Shown one piece after another: positions 56,727-64,000 of a stretch of 64,000 nucleotides of DNA; position 1 is the stretch's first letter; the number at the start of each line of letters is the position of its first letter. This stretch comes from Oopsacas minuta (taxonomy: Eukaryota; Animalia; Porifera). The translations under genes and the position numbers were made by a program. A model generated the notes under the pieces. That model was given only the letters and a program-made list of their open reading frames with translations. It ran no database searches and was not told the origin of the DNA. The stretch spans positions 496,001-560,000 of the forward strand of contig JAKMXF010000310.1 in assembly GCA_024704765.1 (NCBI GenBank), read 5' to 3'.

Positions 56727-57892
56727 CAGGGTGGCTCCAAAGTTCTGATACAAACCATTTTGTCTATAATATTTTTTCAGCATGACCTACATTATTGATT
56801 TTCTATATATAATTAATACATACTATTAGAGCTAACTGTGCTGTGTGACACAGAACAAGCCTTGTTTTCCAAGATAGACCATACAGAATAGTCCATAGGA
56901 TTTAAATCGGGACTATATGGTGGCCATTCATCCTTGTGTATAAAATTGGGAGTATTGTGCTTCATCCAATCTTGGGTCGTATTGGCCGTATGGGCGGGAG
57001 CACCATCTTGTTGGAAGACAAATGGCTGTCCAGAAAACATGGTCTGGCTCAGACTTTTACCACAGGCTCTAATACAAGCTCTCGGTATGTTTTGGCATTG
57101 ATTTTCACTTCTGGGTAATGAAAATCAGTGGTGTCCGGCCAACAGCAGAGACCCCAGCCAAACCATAACCGACAGCGGTTTCTTCATCCAACTGATATAT
57201 CCGAACTTATCAGGGATCGCTGAAACTGAGGTCGAGATGACTCTGTCGTTTTGGTTATTTGTAGCCTCTTCTATGGTGAAAATTTTCTCATCTGAGTAAA
57301 GGATATTTTCGAGAACCCTAATAGCGTGTAGAGCAAGTAGGCTCTTGCTCCGGGATACTCTCTTTTCTTTCACCGACCCAGATAGGAATTGTACCTTTTG
57401 CGTTTAAAAGAGCGCATTCCTAGGTCCCTTTTGACAACCTTTTGTATTGCTCGGCGAGATATATTGAGCTCCCAAGGCCATTTTCCTCATCGGACGGTGT
57501 GGGTTCCGCCGAAACCGTTCTCGCACCCCTTTCTTGAGACCTGGGTCGTTACAGATCATGGACGACAAGATCTCTGCTTGTCTACAGTGTCTCTAGTTTC
57601 CTCATATCGATTTATCGTCCTGTAGATAAATGCCCTACGTCCTTTTGCAATTTTCAGCAGTTTCAAAATTTCTGATGAACTTTTCCCCGCTACATACAAC
57701 TCAATAATTGCTGACCTCTCAGATTCCATGGTCAATCACAATGTTTTTTCGAAATAGAATACACCAAATTGAAAAAATATTTGTTAGGAAGCGTATAAGG
57801 TATGTCATGGAAGAGCAAGCCATTGAGAATAATTCCTGATAATGGTTATATATTAATCGTGATTTTGTATCAGAACTTTGGAGCCACCCCTG
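56727..57892 (-). mobile_element. Tc1/mariner element of the DD37D (maT) family, transposase disrupted
   Basis: 28-bp TIRs CAGGGTGGCTCCAAAGTTCTGATACAAA (one extra G on the right); TA TSD. ATG at 57729. ILYSDEKIF, VMVW, FQQDGAPAHT...WPPYSPDLNPMDY with 37 residues between the second and third D. Frameshifts and a short length indicate deletion. Confidence 0.92.
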
Positions 57893-58562
57893 TAAATAGT
57901 ACCATTCTCATGATTAACTGACTATGAATCAAGCAATGAGAATCAAGTGATTATGTCAACATACGTGCATCATGTAGTATAGTTAAAATAAAATGAAATT
58001 TGCAAAAAATGAATCATTTACTTACAATGCCATATAAATTAAATTATTCATTCTTATATCAATTAATAAAATCAAGAAAGATTAAGGTAGACAATGTAAA
58101 GAAACTTAGAACTATACGTATACACTATTGTACTCGTTGGACCATTTAAATGTTGTATGTTACAATTCATATATGTATATATGTCCAGAATTGATTGAAC
58201 AAACTGGAGGACCCCCAAGGGTGAATTTTGGAATGCAGGGGTATTTTGGGCCTGGCTCGGCTCGGACAAAAATTCACACATATGACGAAATTATGATGTC
58301 ATTGTCATCTTTTGAGATTTCCGAAAAATCACATTATTAACCACTGCTCAGCCAATATACAAACCCTGTAACTTAGTGGTCCTACAAAAAGCAGGTCAGA
58401 ACAGCTTTTTGGCACGTTTCAACAGGACACGACATATGTCTGAAAGAGCCCAGCCAAAACAGGACGGTTGAGAATTTAGCTGAGTAGTCACACCTATAAT
58501 GCAAAATAATAATGGACGTTTATATAGAATTAAGTGAACTTAGAAAGATTAAGAAATACAAT

Positions 58563-60591
58563 TTAAATATTTAGGTTGTTCCATTCAACCATGGATTCAA
58601 ATGTTTTAAAATCGGGAGGATGATCCATATAAGGTGCAAAACAAGGAATTTTGTCCATTTCCGGATAAACAATATCAGATTTCATACATGGATAGGTTGT
58701 ATAATCTGTTAGAGGGAGAGAGTAGTTTGGTATTGTACTGAGCGTACCTTCTATATTTCTAGTCTGGGCTATACAGGGGGAGGCTCGTAAGACTGAGCTG
58801 TGAGGTAAACTAATGAGGGAGTCAGGAGATGAATTATCAGGTGGAGATAGAGATGAGCGAGGAATACTTGACTTATTGGCTGAGATTTGCTTAGGTCTTT
58901 TATTTGACTTCAAAGCTGGATTTTTGTTAATTTTCTTAGAGATCTTATCTACATATTGTTTGAGGCCGGGTGATAGAGTAGTAGAGTAGGGGGAATGAGA
59001 TAAATTACTTTGTAATGCTAAGTTCGTGCTGGTAAGAGAACGAACAATTGGTGATTTTGTAATGTTTGAGGTTCTTTGTCTTGTTTGTACAAACCAAACA
59101 TAATGCATAACAGTATTGGCATACTCGATTTCCTTCCTCAATGGATCTTGTGACAAATAGCGACTTTCTGACTCACAATGACGCCTCACGTACTTTTCTA
59201 GTCCAGACATGTGTATCTCAGAAGAACTAACAGAAACAGAAAAAAATCACATATCTTTGATACACTGATCCGATCTCTTAAAATTTCTTACTCAGGGTGC
59301 CAGAGTAACTCAAAGGTTACATGCAAAATTTGGTTAAGATTGGTCAAGTAATCTCGGAGGAGATGTAGTGACACACACACACACACCGTTACTACTTTAT
59401 ATATATAGATGATATCGGGCAGGGTAGGGCCCGAGCCCTACCTTGCCCGATGCTTACCTACAAGCAGAGGGGGACCTCTAGCAACCCCCTAGCTACGCCT
59501 ATGCCTACAAGCTACTACATGGTTTAGAATCTACGTACGTAGTATATTAATTAACTGCAAAAGTTGTCTTTCTGCATGTTCGTTGTCAAGGAAAGGATTT
59601 ATGTAATATTGTATTGAATTCTAATATCTCTATTCTGAGATGCATACTGTCCCAAATAAGTACTTATGTACTTCACATCGTGATTTCTAACCAGCGCCAG
59701 ACAGTAAACTTAACCCTAATTTTTAGGATATAAAATTGATAGGAGGCAATGAATATTTGATTTTCTATGATTTATACGAATTTATTGCAATCTGTGAAGT
59801 AATTATTTGTCACTAATCATAATTTGTAAAATAATGAATATTTTATCGATTCTATATACAGGGACGTCGCCACGGGGCATAGGGGTGGAATGTCCCTCGG
59901 ATCCCCCCGTGGCATGACTCCCCTAGTAAAATCTAGTGCCCCATGGTATAGCCCTTAGCTCAAACGCAAACAGTAAAACTTCGGAACACCTTGCCCTCAT
60001 CCTGCCTCCTGGAAACTTCGTGCCCCTGATAATTTCATTGCTCCCAATAGGTGAAAATCCTGGCGACGTTCCTGTCTATATATAAAATGAAATTGGCATA
60101 CCTAACACATTATGACAACAAATAATACGAGCAGCTTAGCTTGCGAACACTCTCTGTCCGCATGGAATTCGGCACTTTGTGCCTTGATTTTGTATAAGAA
60201 CTTTTATTTACCCATGTCTTGAAATTGCGAAGTTCGGGAACAGATTTATCATATGATTAATCAATTTTCACACCTTAGAGTTTAGGCTGTACTTCAAATA
60301 ACCTTATTTAATTGGTTTTAACTAATGATTTTGTTCATTCGTAAGAAACATGACCCAGAGGCCCGAGGTGCACTACCAGTCTGGTGGCTAGGGAGTTTTT
60401 CTTTAATTTTGTTATTTATATTATTTACTAATTAGTTATATAGTCATTCAATTTCAAGGCTAAACTTTCAGGTTTGGTAGAAATCACATTGAATGTGCTT
60501 AATTGGACAGCTTCTTTTGAGGAAAACGTTTGTCTCCCTGTATATTTTCTGATTGAAACGATAGGTGAAATTTCATGATCCACGATCTTAA
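58563..60591 (-). CDS. Orphan spliced gene, 3' part (exons 60591-60429 and 59226-58563); 5' end unresolved
   Basis: The 215-aa ORF has a strong polypyrimidine acceptor at 59227. The upstream open segment ends in TA|GTAAAT (phase 2), which joins in frame (DYITN-Y-SSEIHMSGLEK). No family recognised. Confidence 0.5.
59262..59451 (-). mobile_element. Helitron-like 5' end with a (GT)n tract, plus an adjacent GC-rich hairpin
   Basis: Minus strand A|TCTATATATATAAAG at 59409 followed by GTGTGT... and CCAATCTTAACCAAATTTTGCA. A 17-bp-stem hairpin lies at 59414-59451. No CTRR 3' end found. Confidence 0.45.
59859..60074. mobile_element. hAT-type MITE, 216 bp
   Basis: TIRs CAGGGACGTCGCCA / TGGCGACGTTCCTG; perfect 8-bp TSD TCTATATA. 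Confidence 0.9.
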
Positions 60592-60938
60592 CTATGTATT
60601 TATAGTTATCATTAAGAAAGTAAATATATTTAATATACACTTTAAAGTGTTACAATTCCCTAATGGAGGTTTACAGTATTCTTATCCCATAGAATGACGT
60701 ATTGACAAAGTAGTATGAAGTGTGTGGGCCTGTTGTATAGCCCACCATACACAATGCAACTCTGTAGTATGATACACGTATTCTCAAAAAATACGATTAT
60801 ATGAGAAGTTATAATTGAGTTCTGATTAGAATGAGAATGTTCATTTACAACTACGAGTATAGAAATTTGCCACTGAATTGATTGAAATTATCAGAATAAA
60901 GAATGTTATGGACAGGTCACTGATGTGGATAAGAGTGA

Positions 60939-61886
60939 TTACTCTTTCTTTGGGTGATCCGGGAAGAAGTATCGTGCTGGAGAGAATGATAACAGAACAG
61001 TATGTCTCTTGTAGCACTGTGAAGCACGGAACTTCACATCTGTACCATGCAGGTGATCTAATATTCCCATTGAGCCGAAATTTTCTGTAAAATTCAGGTG
61101 ATGGAAATCGTGAGCTTCGGCAGATGGCATCAGAGGTAGGTGGTACCCACTATGAGTAATGAGAGTATTGAAAGTAGCAAGTGACAGCCAGAGCCATAAT
61201 GTAGCAGTATGTGAACCGACTACAAATGGACCTGCTACAAGAGGTAGCACGTTACCAATCAAGTGTTCGATTGGAGAACAGTATATACTATTGAATGCGA
61301 TAGGAGCAGTGAACTCATGATGTTTCTTGTGTATGAGTCTGTATAGTGTGGAGGTGTGTAACAGACGATGGATATAGTAGAATGTGAATTCGTGAATAAT
61401 CATAAATCCACAGAACTCTAGCACTACTCTGAATAGAGAAGGGAGTTCTGGTCCTGTGCTCATGCCTCTCATCTTGAACAGAGGGTAAAGAACCATCAAC
61501 ATAAGAAGTCCTCCTAGATTGTTTATCACAATATTAGGCAGTACCTTTATGTAGGTATCTATACCAAGAGGAGGTTTCTTCTGCTGAATACGATACTGCA
61601 TTAGTATTGGTATTTGTAGTATATCTATTGCCATAAATATCAGGCCCACAGACCAGAAAGTTATTGCCAAGGGCAAAGATGTACCAACCGACAAGATCAT
61701 AAAGTCATTTTCCAAACAAAACCAACGAGAAAATAACCATAGATTACTCCAGAAGTCATGAGAAGCACCCCACACTTGCTCTACCACATTCGTAATGGAA
61801 TTACGGATAGCAACAAGAGTGATCAGCATAGTACCGATAATGAAGATAGCTTTCTTGAAGCTAGAATAAACTGGACGTAGTTGCAT
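60939..61886 (-). CDS. FAXDC2: Fatty acid hydroxylase domain-containing protein 2 (sterol desaturase/methyl oxidase family), copy 1
   Basis: His boxes HRLLH, HKKHH, HDFHH; [37 protein letters not shown]; single exon. Confidence 0.92.
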   Translation of the reverse strand: MQLRPVYSSFKKAIFIIGTMLITLVAIRNSITNVVEQVWGASHDFWSNLWLFSRWFCLENDFMILSVGTSLPLAITFWSVGLIFMAIDILQIPILMQYRIQQKKPPLGIDTYIKVLPNIVINNLGGLLMLMVLYPLFKMRGMSTGPELPSLFRVVLEFCGFMIIHEFTFYYIHRLLHTSTLYRLIHKKHHEFTAPIAFNSIYCSPIEHLIGNVLPLVAGPFVVGSHTATLWLWLSLATFNTLITHSGYHLPLMPSAEAHDFHHLNFTENFGSMGILDHLHGTDVKFRASQCYKRHTVLLSFSPARYFFPDHPKKE

Positions 61887-61920
61887 CTCAAAGATGATGT
61901 CAATAGGATAGCTAGTTGTA

Positions 61921-62136
61921 TCGTAAACTGGGGCTACTTTGGCCCAAATATCAAAGCTCTAAAGAAACTAGATTGGATTCAGTATTGTACTTGAAAATGA
62001 CTTGCCAAATTTTTAACGAATTTTCAAATATCGGTAGACAATTTCGAAAACAAACACAATATTTATTCAATATGTAAGAAATTTCAATATGTGGGCTAAA
62101 GCAAACCCAGTGGGCCAAAGTAGCCCCAGTTTACGG
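61921..62136. mobile_element. Second copy, in reverse orientation, of the 5271-5506 MITE, 35 bp upstream of the FAXDC2 copy-1 ATG
   Basis: Same internal sequence in reverse complement; TA TSD. One TIR lacks 20 bp between two GCCCA microhomologies. Confidence 0.9.
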
Positions 62137-63071
62137 TACTTAAAATGCTTGTAGAATTGATTAGTAACATATATACCTTATGCATATGTTCTGAATGAGT
62201 CTTAAGAAAAATAACTCCATTATTTGAACACAAAAGTAACAAAATAGTTACTTGCTCCCTCCGCTCGTGTCCCATAAGTTACGATAATTGTATTACATGA
62301 CGAGAACGGGGGCAAGGTGGGTCATTTGACCTGAGCCTCACGCTCCAAGGAGCCAAAAATCTATATTTCATCGAATAATCATTATACTATTTGGGTAATA
62401 TGTACTCATTTTCGAGAAGATAGCAAAATGGCACGGGCCTCTCCGATCCAGTCAGGGCCTGGTGGGACCACCCAGACCTGGAGGCATGTTAAGTGATTAT
62501 AGAAACTGTAACAGGGGGAAGTTGAAGGTTCAAGGACAGCTCTTTTGAAACCATTAATAAGTGGGATAGAGATCGGATTTAGTGAAGTAATAGATATGCC
62601 ATGATATGGAGCAGTAGTGCGAAATCTAGCAGTAGGATTAACACACAAATTGGTAATTTGTGTTTTAATCTAACCTTCACAAGAGGTACGTATATATAAT
62701 AATTTCTAAATTGAAATTTCACATCTTTTATGGTGAAAAATAGATTTAGCAACTGTCGGACCTTTACAGACAAATTTTGCTTCCACAGTTCCTGTTGTCA
62801 TATGATTAATTCATATCAATTTCACACCTAAAATTCAAAATCATGCTAGAGATTTCGTTTCAGTGATTAGTCGGGCTAATTTGGCATGCGATAAATATTC
62901 AAATCTACACCTACAATTCATCAATGGATTAAGACCCACCCAGATAAGATCATATTTGAGGAATAAAATTGAATCCGTATTGAATGAGAGTATATCGTCT
63001 GGTACTAAATTATAAATTAATTATCAGAATAAAGAATGTTATGGACAGGTCACTGATGTGGATAAGAGTGA

Positions 63072-64000
63072 TTACTCTTTCTTTGGGTGATCCGGGAAGA
63101 AGTATCGTGCTGGAGAGAATGATAACAGAACAATATGTCTCTTGTAGCACTGTGAAGCACGGAACTTCACATCTGTACCATGCAGGTGATCTAATACTCC
63201 CATTGAGCCGAAATTTTCTGTAAAATTCAGGTGATGGAAATCGTGAGCTTCGGCAGATGGCATCAGAGGTAGGTGGTACCCACTATGAGTATTTAGAGAA
63301 TTGAAAATTGCGAGTGACAGCCAGAGCCAGAGTATAGCAGCATGTGAACCGACTACAAATGGACCTGCTACAAGAGGTAGCACGTTACCAATCAAGTGTT
63401 CGATTGGAGAACAGTATATACTATTGAATGCGATAGGAGCAGTGAACTCATGATGTTTCTTGTGTATGAGTCTGTATAGTGTGGAGGTGTGTAACAGACG
63501 ATGGATATAGTAGAATGTGAATTCGTGAATAATCATAAATCCACAGAACTCTAGCACTACTCTGAATAGAGAAGGGAGTTCTGGTCCTGTGCTCATGCCT
63601 CTCATCTTGAACAGAGGGTAAAGAACCATCAACATAAGAAGTCCTCCTAGATTGTTTATCACAATATTAGGCAGTACCTTTATGTAGGTATCTATACCAA
63701 GAGGAGGTTTCTTCTGCTGAATACGATACTGCATTAGTATTGGTATTTGTAGTATATCTATTGCCATAAATATCAGGCCCACAGACCAGAAGATTGTTGC
63801 AAAAGACACATATGCACCAACTGACAAGATCATAAAGTCATTTTCCAAACAAAACCAACGAGAAAATAACCACAGATTATTCCAGAAGTCATGAGAAGCA
63901 CCCCACACTTGCTCTACAACATTCGTAATGGAATTACGGATAGCAACAAGAGTGATCAGCATAGTACCGATAATGAAAATAGCCTTCTTGAGGCTGGAAT
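63072..64000 (-). CDS. FAXDC2: FAXDC2 copy 2 (5' end runs off the window)
   Basis: Near-identical to copy 1 at a 2133-bp offset. The frame stays open to the window edge, so the ORF-track start at 63962 is internal. Confidence 0.92.
   Translation of the reverse strand, partial: SSLKKAIFIIGTMLITLVAIRNSITNVVEQVWGASHDFWNNLWLFSRWFCLENDFMILSVGAYVSFATIFWSVGLIFMAIDILQIPILMQYRIQQKKPPLGIDTYIKVLPNIVINNLGGLLMLMVLYPLFKMRGMSTGPELPSLFRVVLEFCGFMIIHEFTFYYIHRLLHTSTLYRLIHKKHHEFTAPIAFNSIYCSPIEHLIGNVLPLVAGPFVVGSHAAILWLWLSLAIFNSLNTHSGYHLPLMPSAEAHDFHHLNFTENFGSMGVLDHLHGTDVKFRASQCYKRHIVLLSFSPARYFFPDHPKKE

Noticed and set aside
60878-63223. Duplicated plus-strand ORFs at 60878-61090 and 62984-63223
   Set aside because: Antisense shadows of the FAXDC2 3' ends, duplicated passively.

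Overview
AT-rich eukaryotic (animal) genomic window with GT-AG introns and a compact gene layout. The style is consistent with an early-branching metazoan, possibly a glass sponge such as Oopsacas (inference, not provable here). It holds about 20 protein-coding loci. Single-exon conserved genes: ZCCHC4, a dsRBM-RGG protein, AGBL4/CCP6-like, CFAP276, PBZ-HPF1, AP5Z1, CCDC65/DRC2, GGPS1, CSPP1, RhoGDI and two tandem FAXDC2 copies. Spliced genes that the ORF track fragments or misses, reconstructed by hand with phase-consistent junctions: two 3-exon PH-PTB (DOK/IRS-like) adaptors, a 4-exon SCCPDH-like gene, an 8-exon MSH2, a Cys-rich single-pass membrane protein, tyrosine-motif-rich exons and an orphan gene. 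Between genes and in introns lies a wide range of DNA transposons: a Chapaev3-like element (CAC..GTG ends, TTA TSD), a foldback/Phantom-type Mutator element whose TIRs are arrays of 27 versus 5 repeat units, a Buster/Charlie hAT, a DD37D maT, a SWIM-MULE relic, and MITEs of Tc1/pogo, hAT and piggyBac type. No rRNA, tRNA or CRISPR array was found. The most notable items are the array-TIR Mutator inside an SCCPDH intron, the mosaic FAXDC2 duplicate pair, the candidate phosphotyrosine-adaptor genes, and MSH2 introns at apparently non-ancestral, evenly spaced positions. All homology calls are from motif recognition, without database searches.
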